This document shows, in pieces, positions 36,362-49,033 of a stretch of DNA of 64,000 nt (positions are counted from its first letter, which is position 1; each line of letters opens with the position of its first letter). The notes beneath the pieces were generated by a model. That model ran no database searches, was not told the origin of the DNA, and saw only the letters and a list, made by a program, of their open reading frames with translations. Origin of the DNA: Yuukianura sp. NJ FZ-2021 (taxonomy: Eukaryota); contig CM102285.1 of assembly GCA_046563655.1 (NCBI GenBank), forward strand, positions 3,906,001 through 3,970,000. The letters run 5' to 3'. The translations under genes were made by a program, and so were the position numbers.

Positions 36362-38480
36362 TTATAATCTCTCGTTGAAAACTGCAGAAAACTTTTCCGG
36401 TTCACGGAAGAAGCCAGGCGGTCCTTCAAGGTTTGGCGGTGGTTTGGACGGATCACATACAATATCGTATTTTTGAAAAATGCTGGTTATGAAAAGGAAG
36501 TAGCTGTCTCTTCCTAGTGTTTCGCCCAAGCACTGTCGCTTTCCTGTACCGAACGGCATCAATTCTTCGCACTTCATCACTTTTTGCCCATCCGAACTCA
36601 AAAATCGTTCCGGTCGGAAGTTTTTGGGATCTCCATAGATTTCTGTGCTGTAATTATTGGAGTAGAAGTTCGGAACTACGATAGTTCCTTTCCGAATGTC
36701 ATAACCACCCAAAGTCGTATCTTCTGTCGTTTCATGGAACAGACCGAACGGAGTGGGAGTAGCATACCGATGAATTTCCATTGTCATCGCCTCAGTATAT
36801 GGCATACTACATAAAAATTTGAGGCAAATGAACACTTTTGCAGACGAGTTTTTACATACCTTCGAAAATTCTTTTTCTGAATTACTTAGCGCGGTCAGCT
36901 AATCTTGGCATTCGATTTCTACCAATGACGGTGTCCAGTTCTTTTTGAAACTTTTTTTTGAACTTCTGGAAATCTAACGAGGTAAAGAATTGACCATGTC
37001 AATAGAGATGAAGTTGTTCCTAGACCTGCTCCATACAAGTCGCCAAGAACATACTCCAGTGTATCATCTTGTAAAAGCAATGCAATGCAAATCAAATTAT
37101 TTCAAATCAAAGTAAAGTTCATAATCAGATCTCATCTGAAACAATTTTTTAAAGCTTACAGCCGCGTTTTCCGAAAAAACTGGACTGGGGATCCGTCGTT
37201 TTTTTAATTTCGGCTAAGTAAACATCAATTAAATCCCTTGGTTGTGTAGGATCTACTGGATTTTTAATGTGACTCTCAATTGCATCTTTGAAAATTTGCA
37301 TAAACGGTTTGACTCTTTCGACAAGTCGGTACCAGTCTTGCAAAAGGAAGTTCGGCAAAATATCTAGTAATTGTGGAAACAAAGCAAACACGCCAATTGC
37401 TTTCCCAGCTTCGCTAAAGACGCTATTATAAAAGAAGAGCAAAAATGAGTTTCAACATTTAAAAAAAATAACATTGTGTTTTAAAAAAATGTACTCATGA
37501 GCCTGCTTGATAACGTGTTTGAGAAAAACGGCATCCGGATCCTGGCGTTCTCCAGCCATCAAAGTCCAAAGAGAATTTACCGTAGCAAGTACCAGTCTCT
37601 CTCGCATTTCCACTGGAACGCCTTCGTTAGCCTTCATCCATTTCAGAAAATCGCAAAGTTCTTCGTTGATAAAAGTCTCCATGGAACGCTTTCCGAATCC
37701 AAATTCACGTAAATTGCGCAGCACGAAGCGACGCTGTTCTAAAATAAAAACAGTTTTTTTTAATGTTGAAATTCGATAAGTTTATTTTTCAACTCTTTCT
37801 GGAATTGATTTTTACCAGCCCATTCTTGTCCTTCGCCATTTACAATTCCTAAAATAATTAGAAAAACGCATAGTTTAGAATTTGGCTTATATTTGAATTC
37901 TTTTGCAAACTTTTTACCGTGTTTTCCGTTTGAAAAAATTGTAAGGGGTTTGAAATCCGTTCTTCCGTTGAAAGCTGGATGTTGAAAGGCTTCTCGTATT
38001 AATTTTGCGTCATCAATTATCAAAACGCTGAATGTTCAAATCGTTTATAAATATTTGAGATTCTATGCTTATTTGAGTTTAATGCAAACTGAATAGGTTT
38101 TTCTTTGTCATTTGTGAATGTGTTAACATTTAATTTAGTATTTACTCTGAAAGGCCAAACTTAGTTCGGATTAGTGGTCCATATTCTTTAGCCCAATTTT
38201 GAAACGTAATGTGAGGATACGCTCCTACTGTGAAAATTCCACTTACAAATGGAATATTCCAAGGCCCTACGACAAATTATTTTTCAATTACTATTACTAA
38301 ATTTAAAATTTGAATCTAATAATTATTAAATCAGAACATTGGTGTTATTCTAAATACTCAATACAATTTTTTTTTCAAATTTTTACCTGGCGGAAGGTTG
38401 TACTTTTTTTTCGAACTCAAGAAGTAGTACAGCCCATACAAAATTGTAACAATCAAAATTAATTCCACAAACGAAGCCAT
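36362..38480 (-). CDS. Cytochrome P450, clan 2 (CYP2-like); apparent +1 frameshift in an A8 run
   Basis: N-terminal anchor then LPPG|PW, QRRFVLRNLREFGFGK, PRDLIDVYL, GAGLGTT (I-helix), EIHR, FRPERF, PFGTGKRQCLG (heme). The frame breaks at 36952-36959. Confidence 0.9.
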
Positions 38481-40389
38481 CTTTAATTAAGTACCAGTTA
38501 AATTCTGGGACAATTAAATTTGTAACAAAAAAGAGTGCGCGAACCGTGCCCAATTTGATATGAACTCTGTTCCAAAACTCTGAATTAACTCTTCAGTTTA
38601 TCATTTGGAAAATGGCTGCATTACTCTAATCTCTGGACCCATTTTAATCTGGAAACGTGCCGATTTTTAGACCAAAGTTTGCATGAGTTAAAAGAGCTTT
38701 GAAGTGTTTTGTTATGAAAGATAATGAAATTTACTATTGTACAAATTTCAGCGACGTCAATAGTCGAATATAGAGTTAAAGATGAACAACTTTGTCAAAC
38801 AAAATTTTAGAAACGGCAAGGTCAAAATACTTCGTGTCAATTTAAAAATTAAATTGCCAAGAAGCAAATCACATTTTATTACATGATTCCTGGAGTTATT
38901 AATAAAATACTGCAGTTCTTTTTTTTATATTTCTGGACAGGGTTAGAGAAAACGCTTTAATTGCGTTTAAATTTTCAATTTCCTTTTGTTGAATATTTCA
39001 GTTGACTTCACTATAATTAATACATATACTTCAACTTGCGTCTGAGCTGAGGGCTGAAAAATAAAGGAAATAGAGTTCTTAATTCCAAACTACATTTTTA
39101 AAATCATCATTACTGACATAGCAGGTCGAAATTGTATAACTGGAACAATTTTAAAAATATAAACTGCATCCCATTCTTTACGACGTAATTGCAGTTTGCT
39201 ATTTTTCTGTGAAATCACGAAATCTTTTACAGTGTAATATATCATTTGTTTCATTTTTACTTCACATTGACGAGATTCTGTTTTGTGGGTGAGTACTTTT
39301 TTGAAGCTTTGTAAAGATTTTATAATCAGGATCATGGACATTTTGAAGTGAATGGCTGGCTGAATAATAATTATAAGTATGCAGAAAAAACTTTCAGTTC
39401 AGCTTCGGAGTAAATGCATAGCATAGGATAACCTTGAAGTTCAAGATGAGGTAAGCGTCCAAGGTCAACTCTTCTAATGCAAAGGGAGGCTACTGAACTT
39501 CCTTTCGCGGCTAATTCCACAGTGAAACTTGATCTTCACTACCAGCTTCTAACCTAAGCAAAGCACATTACTTATTTATGCATTTTATGCATAAAAGTCG
39601 TGGAGTTTATAGCTTTTTCTTGTTCAGTTTTTTTTTCTACAAGAGATAGTAAAACAAAAATTCTTGGTAAGTTGTGGAAGCTCTCTACAAATGTAGAGGT
39701 TCTAAGAAAGTTGGATCGATTCTGCTACCATAAAAAGTCCGAGTTACTATGTTCATTCGTTTCCTCGTTGCAAAATATAGTTATACTTGGAGTCGCATGA
39801 GTCTAGTGAATTTTAGACATTACTATGCTGAAAGTGGAAAAAAAATTCACTCTGAAACTGAGGAATAAATTCTGCATTCGCCGGCAGCCAGAGAGTTGAG
39901 TTGGGTGAATTGGATTCAGCAGAGGAGGAGAGTTTGTGAGAGTGACGAATTGGCAAAAAACGTTTTCATTGAGTATAATAAGAAAGCGAAAAGTCTACGA
40001 CAGTTCTTGCCAATTCGTTTTTAAAAAGTTTCGCTCTGTTATTAGTTGACTATCTTTTTATACTAAAAAGTCAGTCCAGAACTCGCCTTAGTCACAACAG
40101 CATCAAAAGTTAAAACAAATAATTTTCTCAAACTGATACTGGGAGTTAGAAAACTTTCAGCATCACTTTGAAAAAAGGTAAGAATTTCTTCATACCCGTG
40201 AAACGTAAAGTAAAAACTAGTTCTTTTTCATTAAATGACATTCAATCATTATTAAATTCAAACATCATTAAATGACAAAAAAAATTGCTTCTCAAACTTT
40301 GTTTTTAATTTTTAGAAAAAAATAAGGCAAAATCAAATTGATTGATATGAACTTTTTCTGGTTGTAGTTTTGAAATCCGAGCCTCGGGA

Positions 40390-42540
40390 ATGAGCGAAAC
40401 TGGAGATACAGTGCCTCAGGCAGCAGCGATGGAAGTCGAGGCAGTTGCAGAACAAAGTGTCGAGGTGGCGCCATCTACCAAAGCGCTAATGGATTTCAGT
40501 CTCAGTCCCGACCAGTTGTTTTTTGACTTTGGAGAATCAGTTGACCTGCCACTTCCAGTGAAAAATGTGGATGAAGATGAAGATGGGTTTGAAAAGATTG
40601 AGGTCTCCGTCTCATCCTCTCCATTTGTATCTGCCGCAGTTGTAGCCTCGCAGCGTTCAGTAACTGAAAACCTTGGTCCAGCGTTTAATACTTCAGATGA
40701 CGCCAGAGTCGATTTCTTTTTCCATGTCATGGAACAGACTGCACCGACAGTTGTGACCGATCTTCTAGAGAAAGCTTGGAACAAAGACGCCTTGGACACA
40801 TTGAGGCTCATTGGTTCTCTTCGTGACATCAAAGATGGCAAGGGCATTCGCTACCAGTATCACCATTGCTTGAAATGGCTCTACAAGTACCATCCGCTCA
40901 CTCTCTACAACAACCTACCGCAGTTACTGAAACTGGGTTACTGGAAAGATGCCTTGGAGATGCTCATGACCATTGCTTTTCGGGGACTCATTCCTCAGTT
41001 CTTGACGGCCGACGATGGTAATAAACAGCGCGTGCCAAATCCCGTCCGACGAGGAAGAAGGGGCAGGAGGGCCCCAGCACGAATCAAAAAGCCGAGACAG
41101 TCAGATGCCGAAAAGCGACTGTATAACGTCACAATTGCCAGGCACTACCGAATGGACAACGCCGCTAACGTTGCTAAAATTCCTAAAAAGGCAATGGATT
41201 CTGCGCGATTTCGGTTTGCTCGAGAAACGTTCATAAATGACACGAAATATCGGATGTTCCATGTCAAAATTGCTAAGATCTTTGCTGCTCAACTGGCCGA
41301 AGATTTGGTTTTGTTCAATGGATCTGACAAAAAGAAGAAGAACGACATTTCTCTGGCCGCCAAATGGGCTCCGTCCCTTGAAGGTCACTTCGATCGGTAC
41401 ACTTTAATTGCGTCCACAATTGCCCTGGAACTGGCTCGGCTACAGAACAAAGACTTTCTTACTAAAACGTCCATTCCTACTGCTACATACTTGGCCCGGA
41501 AGTTCTACAACAAGGAAGTATGTGTCCCACTACGGGCTCATTTGTCCATTCCAGAAAGAGAAATGTCATCTGGAAACTGGGCCAATGTCAACTATAACCG
41601 AGTTCCAGCGAGGTGCATGCAAATCAATAAGGCTCACTTCATTAAACATGACAAGGAGCGACTGATGGCCTATCTAACTAAAGACAAAAGCAAAGTAGCT
41701 GGAGCTACGTTGAAGCCAATCGAAGTCATCCGGAGAGCAATGGCGATGCATAACAGCACGGAGGAGGCGGAGCGAATAATTCTGGAGAAACAGTGGATTT
41801 CATTGGTTGAGGACATCAAGAAGAAAGGTAATAAAATTATTCTAACATAACTGACAAGCTTGAAACTTCTTAGTTAAAAAATTTAAATTTTCGTTTCATA
41901 AATTTCAGGAAGCTTGATGGCCGGAGCAATTGCAATTTGTGACGTGAGTGGATCCATGGACGGTGATCCCATGATGGCTGCTATGGGTCTCACATTGTTA
42001 ACAATGGAACAGACACAGGCTCCATGGAATGAGATTTGCGTCACATTTAGCGAAGATCCCACGTTGTTCCATCTAAAGCCAGAGATGACGCTGTTGCAGA
42101 AAGTCGCTGCTCTCCATGACATGGATTGGGGTGGAACGACCAACTTCCAGGCGACATTGGAGTTGATCCTGCAGCTTGGCGTTCAGAACAACCTTCCGCA
42201 AGAGGACATGCCGAAGATTCTTTTTGTTTTTACTGACATGGAGTTCAATTCAGCATTTCCTGGTACCACTGCCACCAACTTTGAATTTGCCAAGAACCAG
42301 TTTGAGCAGAAAGGATACAAACTTCCAACAATTGTGTTTTGGAACTTGCGTGCTGACACTCGAAGCAAATCCACGCCTGTGCAAAAGGATGAAAATGGGG
42401 TCATCCTCCTCTCTGGATTCTCGGCACAACTGCTGTCTTTTGTCATGAATAGCAAAGATCTGGAAACTTGCACTCCCTGGAATTTTGTTAGCAAAGTCAT
42501 TGCTGCTGACAAATACTCAACTCTCCAGGTTTACGACTAA
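40390..42540 (+). CDS. DUF2828-family protein with C-terminal vWA domain, 2 coding exons
   Basis: Exons 40390-41827 and 41909-42540 (phase-1 GT-AG intron). Motifs TENLGPAF, VDFFF, LRDIKDGKG, GYWKD, SLAAKWAPS, NYNRVPARCM, HDKER, QWISLV, AIAICDVSGSM, TFSEDP, DWGGTTNF, FVFTDMEFN, GYKLPTIVFWNLR, SGFSA. Confidence 0.88.
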
Positions 42541-43938
42541 ATTAAGGTTATTTTTGCTTAATAACTTTATATTTATAACCAAAAATTAAAAAAAAAGGTT
42601 TAAGAATACATAAATATATGTATCTAATGTACGCACATATGTAAAAAAATGAATATGTGTGAAGAATAAAGATAATATTGCATATAAATATAAAACATGC
42701 ACTGGCTTTTTGAAAGAAAGTTTGTGACATAAAAAATGTGATATTTGTGGCTATTTGGCTGGGCTGAAGTCCATTTCTTTAAAATTCATCCAACAATATG
42801 GTTCTGCGCAGCAGGGTTACGCAGGATACGACCAGTATGGATTTCCATTGCCTAGACATCTATACGAACAGCAAGTTTCTTACTATGCTCAACAATACGA
42901 CGTAAGTATACCGTCAATTCGAAACAAAAATTGTATAAAAAAAACTCTTTCTTCAAAAATTGGAAAACAAAGGGAGTGTATTTTAGAAGTGAAACTTTTG
43001 CAAACTTGAAAGGTTTTACGAATAAATGATCTGAAGTTTTAGAATTTGTGCCAAATTTGTTGCTTTTATTCGAAAAATTTCACTTTTTTATGTTTTCAAA
43101 ACAGCTTGGATGTGATTCTCTGTCATAAAGTCACGGGATTAGGAATAGACAGTTTTACGCTTGTTGACGTAATTGATGCCGTGGATAACGTCACGCGAAT
43201 TTTTCAAGTAACGTCTTTAAATTTTTCGTTGAAATTTCATTTTATTTTGTGTTCCTCTTTAAAAAAAACGTTCTATTGTTTTCTTAATTTCATAAATTTC
43301 GCCAAAAAGCAATTGAATTTCGTCAATTTAGTTACAAAAAAATTCTCGTTGAGGGTAAGCACTACCTAAAACGCCCATTCCCTGTTGCGTCGCTCAAATT
43401 CATCAAAACTCAAAAGTGAAACACCCTCGAAAGTAAATTAATTTGAGGCGGACGACACTCCCCGCTGCCATGAATTATCCGTCCTTAAATGTCGAATTTA
43501 AAATTGGAATCTAATTTCAATTGTTTTTACTGACCTCAAAGTTACTCTATTTTCCTAAATCTGTCAAGTCTAATGTTTTCAGCAACATTTCAATTGTGTC
43601 ATACAAATTCAAAGTGACCTTATTCCTAATGCCAATTTTCCGTCTACTAAATGTCAATGTTCGTAAAATAATCATTTCAGTTTCGTTCTTTACGTTTAAA
43701 GAAAACAAAGGACTACTAACCAAACTGTTTCTAAATAAAAAAGTAACAAAACACACCCTTTCAACATGTTTGTTTTGATGATTCTAATATTTGTTTCACC
43801 AAAGAGCGGCTTGGCCCATGTGGTGACATAGTAAGTAAAATTATTATAAAGGTATATAATTAATTTGACCCAATGTAAGTATTAAGTATTTTTTTTTTTA
43901 TTTATAGTCTTATATATTTATATAGTCTAGATTTTGTT

Positions 43939-44258
43939 AGTAGTATGTCATTTCTCCGAAATGACATACATAAATTCCGAAGCGAAATGCTCTGAATGAA
44001 TTCCTTTGAAACCAATTGCCTCGACTGATTAATTGCTCAGAAATTGAATTCTTTTTCATTAGGTGGTTGTGCTACGTTGTTTAGTTTAGTGAAAAATCAG
44101 AAGGTGAGGTTTGATTAGGATTTACTAATCGACAACACTATGTATGTTTGATATAGCATCCTTAGGCTAGGTTTAGCAACTACAACTACTTTCGGAGCAG
44201 TATACCGTTTGGAACAATTGGTTTCGGAGCAATTTATTTGGAATAAAGGCATGGAACC
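43939..44258. mobile_element. Mutator-like MITE (320 bp)
   Basis: Perfect 9-bp TSD GATTTTGTT at 43930-43938 and 44259-44267. Ends AGTAGTATGTCA.. / ..CATGGAACC resemble those of the 23358-23647 element. Confidence 0.75.
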
Positions 44259-44399
44259 GATTTTGTTGCTAAAGTTTAAATATGTAGAGTATGTATTTTT
44301 AGTGATGTGGCTTGCGGGGCATCCTGTAAACAAAAATGTACAGACAAAGGCTTTAAATTTTCAAAGTGTGAAACTGGAGCAGGGCTCAGTTCAGACCGA

Positions 44400-44755
44400 C
44401 CACCCAAGTTACACAGGACCAATACCCAACTACTGCACTTGTACTACACCGCCATGTACAAATGGTAACGAACGTTGTCAAAATGCCAAGTTGGCCTTTG
44501 AATGTAAGCAATGGAAAGGCTCAGTTTATTGTAATCCCAAGACAAATCAGTGTGAATGTAGATGCAAGTTGCATGCATGTACATTCACACTGATTTGTCT
44601 TGGGTTGCATGATGCAACCCCACAAAATGCGACCAATATTGTCTCGACCAAGGCAAAAAGTATGGAGCAAATTGTGAAGAAGATACTTCCTTTGGATTGA
44701 ATTGTGTCTGTAACCAACCGCCTGCAAATGGAAGTCCAAATGATACGACTATAAG

Positions 44756-44823
<68 letters not shown>

Positions 44824-45112
44824 GACTAATGTGATACGACTATGAAGGAAAAACAGGCACGGAGCCACTGTATTGACAGTTATGAAGAGTACAAAAATTG
44901 CTATGATTACGGAGAGTTGATTTGTGCTGCTCAACCAAAGGAAGTTACCAAAAAACGAAATCCGTGCAAATGTAATTAATTACAATGCAGCCAAATGTAC
45001 CAAATTTTGTAAGTCAAACAAGAAAATGGGAAAATGTAAGCCATTGGATACGAAGAGAGCAAAAAAGTACAAGTGGCTGGGAGATCGTAATGTTGTATAT
45101 TCCAGTTCATAA
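44400..45112 (+). pseudogene. Decayed multi-domain Cys-rich (defensin/CSab-like) gene
   Basis: Fragments YCTCTTPPCTNG..C..C..YC..CECRC, CNPTKCDQYCLDQGKKYGANC..CVC, HCIDSY..C..C..PCKCN* and AKCTKFCKSNKKMGKC. Interrupted by a 50-bp insertion, a (TA)n tract and stops. Confidence 0.55.
44759..44822. repeat. (TA)n microsatellite, ~32 units
   Basis: Uninterrupted TA run, flanked by two copies of TGATACGACTAT. Confidence 0.98.
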
Positions 45113-45278
45113 CAAATTTAACTTTTGCTGTTTAGAACTTGCTGTGAAGTAGTTTTATGTTGCTCATTTAGAAACGAGGTTGATAAAATAGTTTCTGACG
45201 TGACATAAATTCCAGAAAGCTAAATTCGAAGTTCGGTAACTGAAGTTAATCAACTTCAGTTACGATTCAGAAGTGGAG

Positions 45279-46950
45279 ATGGTGGCGTCAAATCCATTTG
45301 ATGTAGCGTTACCTACTATCCGCAGCGGGTTCTTTTGGTACGCTTATACATTTGACGTACGAAAGGAATACATGTCATATGAAGTCATCAGGGGCAAGCA
45401 CTCTGGCGTAGTCAAGGGCATGACAATAATTGGTGCAACAGGAAACCTCGCAGTAATACTGGTATGTTGGCTACTCGGACTGCGTTTTGAACAAAATCCA
45501 AAACTTATTCTTTTGCTCCTCGGTCTCATGTGTCAAGAAGTGTTCACTATTGGTATGCAGATTTGGCATTTAGCCAACATTTGGGAAATCCCTATCATGC
45601 TCACTAATTTCCTTGCAACTACGCCGTTCATAGGTAATTTGCAACACGTAATACTATGTTTTATTATATCTCTACTGTTAAATTTTCATGACGTTTAGCA
45701 GAGAGGAATGCTGGAAACAAAATATTCGACAAGTACATGATTGGACTCCAACTTCTCAACTGGGGATTTACTCTGCACCGCTGGATTTACGTTCCCGAAA
45801 TTTTGCTAATTGTGTATTTTGCCAAGAACAAGGCGGCAACACTTTTGCCAAGAATATATACCGTCGTAGCCGGCTATCCACCACCATCTACGGAGCTGTT
45901 TGCTTACATCACATACCACGGCGTTTTCATAACCATGATTAGCCTTGGTGGTATCGGAGTGCTACAAGGACTTTTCTCAGCATACTTATTTGTCAACTGT
46001 GCCGTCGTGTACACGAAGTCTACTTGGTCTACAATGCAACAGTTGTGGTAGGTATAATAAATTGTCTTTTGTTTAGTTTGCATTTTTCGGATTACACCAG
46101 TTGTGGAATCTAATTTTATTGAAAAAAAAAGATCCAAGCTTTCGGACAATGCACTCTGCCCTTCTTGAGGGATAAGAACCATAAATTTGTCTTGTATTCT
46201 TAAACATGTATTGCATATATATATATACGCCATTTTCTAGAATTCCATCATAGCGGGTAGCTAAAGTTTCAAATTTTTAGTTAACTTTCCCCGCATTCTA
46301 GAAAATGGCGTTCTTCCGCCTGTTTTCCCTCCATATTTCCGAAATTTAAACAAGTTACTGATTTCTGGGTGTACTCTTCTCGGTGGCGCACACTATAACA
46401 TCTTTCACCTCTTTTTTACTCTAAAACCCAATCTACAATTTAATCCTATCTCTGCAGTAACAACCTGAGGAATGCGAAGAATTGGGTTGCAGTTGAGGAT
46501 ATTCAGACATCTTATGCGGTCCAGCAAGTATTTAATGCTTGGATAAATGATATCGTTTCACGAGTTGTAGAATTCGGAATCTATGTGGGTGCAACAATGC
46601 TTACTCTTTGCATTTACGGATTATTTGCAATGACAAAATTAAATTTCCGATCGGTTGGAGCTCTTATGGGGATCGTCGCGTCTGCTGCAATACTCATATC
46701 GTACGTTGTGAAAACAGGAATTGAACTTGCAGTATCATTCTTCACTCAATCCGTGGAATGTTGTGACATCGGACAGCATCTGCTACCAAATCGACAGTGG
46801 ACCAAACAAAATCGGAAGTTTTGGAAGTCCAGAAGACCAATCTGCATTAGAGTAGGAACACACTTTATTTTAGAAACCAAAAATTATATCCTCATACTTT
46901 TTGGAGACATTATCCTACAAAATGCAATTTTTCTTATTCTCACTTTTTAA
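45279..46950 (+). CDS. GR/OR-like multi-TM chemoreceptor, copy A (most divergent), 3 exons
   Basis: Exons 45279-45633, ~45699-46047 and 46458-46950. Several hydrophobic segments. C-terminus RKFWKSRRPICIRVGTHFILETKNYILILFGDIILQNAIFLILTF. Confidence 0.75.
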
Positions 46951-48338
46951 AAGTACTTCATTTCGTTTAACGTTATCCATTTATATGGTGAAATATTTTA
47001 CTAGCATAGGAACATTTGATCATAGTAAACAACAAGAATCTTGGCTGGCCTTTGGCCAGCCAAAGATTCTTGACTGTTGCGTACGTACCAGTTTGACGAA
47101 TTAATTAAAAAAAAACGATATCCAGTCGTTAAATTAACAAAAAGATCGACCAACCAGAATTGGGTACAATTAGTTAGTATTTAGTTTACTTCAACCCTTG
47201 CGTTTTATAGGAGGACTAAACTGTCATGCGCACAGAGGGTGGATACAAATCCGAGGAATCCGAGATCCGACTTTGAGCCAGATCCATAGAGAGGACAAAC
47301 AGACGTATGCACAATAGTGCCTTATGTATATGATTTAAACAAACATTTGATCACCGATACGGTGTAGCTTGACACAAAAAGGTGCATCATTTTTCTTCTC
47401 GCTATTTGGCTTACGTTAGTTACTTATTCTACGATACTTTACGAAATTGTATTTTTTTCATTTTGATCTCATTTTTTCTCCGAAGTCGTTTATGCTATCC
47501 TGCCCAAAAGTAGAGCAACTTAGAGTACAGTATATAGCGAAAAATTGTAGTTAGGCATAACAATTCATTCATTACACCTGTAATAAAATATTTAGTGTTT
47601 GCGTTTTGAATCTTGAGTGATTTCAATTCAAAACTAGCGGCGCCACACTCTTGTTCCATTCCCCTGCTGGAAAATTTTGTTTTGAGACATACTTATTTCA
47701 AAGCCCCAAACAATTTTATAAAATTGACGTCGTTTAGTGTCGAAGTAGTATTTCAGTTCAATTCAATGTCATCACCAATTGTTTGCATCGTGAAACTATT
47801 ATTTATTTAGGATAAGCGCTGTTAAACTGGAGAAAAATAATTCGAAAAACTGGTGTTATTTAAAGCAATTTTAGTGTTTCCGGTGTAGTTCTGCATGTTC
47901 TGTTATTAGAGAATGTACGAAACCTCCTATATGTATTGAACCTCTCCGTCTGTCTTGCCAGCCGTTGTAGACAACGATCTCAGAAACGGTGTAATATTTC
48001 GATGATTTTCTTCTAGTGAACACCGGGTAACCCGAGAATGTGCACCAATGAATATTATCTCTCTGGACCAACTCCTTCCGGACCAACGGTCAAGATCAAC
48101 CCATCTCCCAATAACGTTGAAAATGACTTCTACAATAGTTGTTCATCTCATTGCGGGCAGGAACTCAGGCGTATAAACCTTGGGTTTATGACCTTGCGGA
48201 ATGCATCAAAATTAGCCCCAAATGTTAGGTTAACCTACACAGTAAGTATGATTAAGGCAAGGTGTCGACCTAATGCTCCTGCAGGGAAAGGTAACCATTG
48301 GTAACTGAAAATGTAGAGAACGGTCTCTACTCCCTCTT

Positions 48339-48575
48339 CAAGATTGCTATAACAACCATTTCTACAAATGGCGTAACAGGTTATGTCATAACTACGGTTT
48401 AACAAATATTGTTTGTTTTGAATTTTTCTGCGATTCGTTGACCTCTCGCCATTTGAAATCAAATGTGATTCGTATGAAATTCGTACCAAAGTTGTTTTTT
48501 CTTGTTTTTTTTTAAATCGGAGTTATGGCAAAACCTCTTACGCCATTTGTATAAATGGTCGCTATAGCAATCCTG
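48339..48575. mobile_element. MITE (237 bp) upstream of receptor copy B
   Basis: ~50-bp imperfect TIRs (CA(A/G)GATTGCTATA..CCATTT.TACAAATGGCGTAA). 9-bp TSD CTCCCTCTT at 48330-48338 and 48576-48584. Absent from the paralogous upstream regions of copies D and E. Confidence 0.85.
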
Positions 48576-49033
48576 CTCCCTCTTGGATGAGGACAGAAAA
48601 TGAGGCACCCGCGTCTCATCGAGTCACACAAGTTTTATACATCAGTTGACCCCGACCGGAGCCCTCCTCACCAATGACTCCTCCTTTCGGATCAATTATC
48701 ACGTTTTTTCATGTTACCGTTTATGATCATAGTGCATTAAAAAATTTCGCATGCTGTATTTGCGAATGTCATCTTTCGCTACTTACATACACCGCTTTAC
48801 AACCGTTTATTTGTTAAAAATTATAGGTATGCTTGATACTCCAGGTTAATCATAGGATTTACCGTAATGTTGTGAATCTCGCATTTATTGCTTGAATAAC
48901 GTCAATTGCAGTAAAATGCTGGAATCGGGCCGCAATTTAAAAAGAATGACGCATGCATATGAAGATTTTTTTAAAGTCAATTTCAATACTTTTCTAAACG
49001 TGAACTAAGTTGTTCACAACAGAAGCTACAACG

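Noticed and set aside
40416..42512. Antisense and alternate-frame ORFs over the DUF2828 gene
   Set aside because: Shadow ORFs of a real coding sequence.
46227..46311. 17-bp inverted repeat ACGCCATTTTCTAGAAT in intron 2 of receptor copy A
   Set aside because: Probably a transposon remnant, but its ends and TSD could not be defined.
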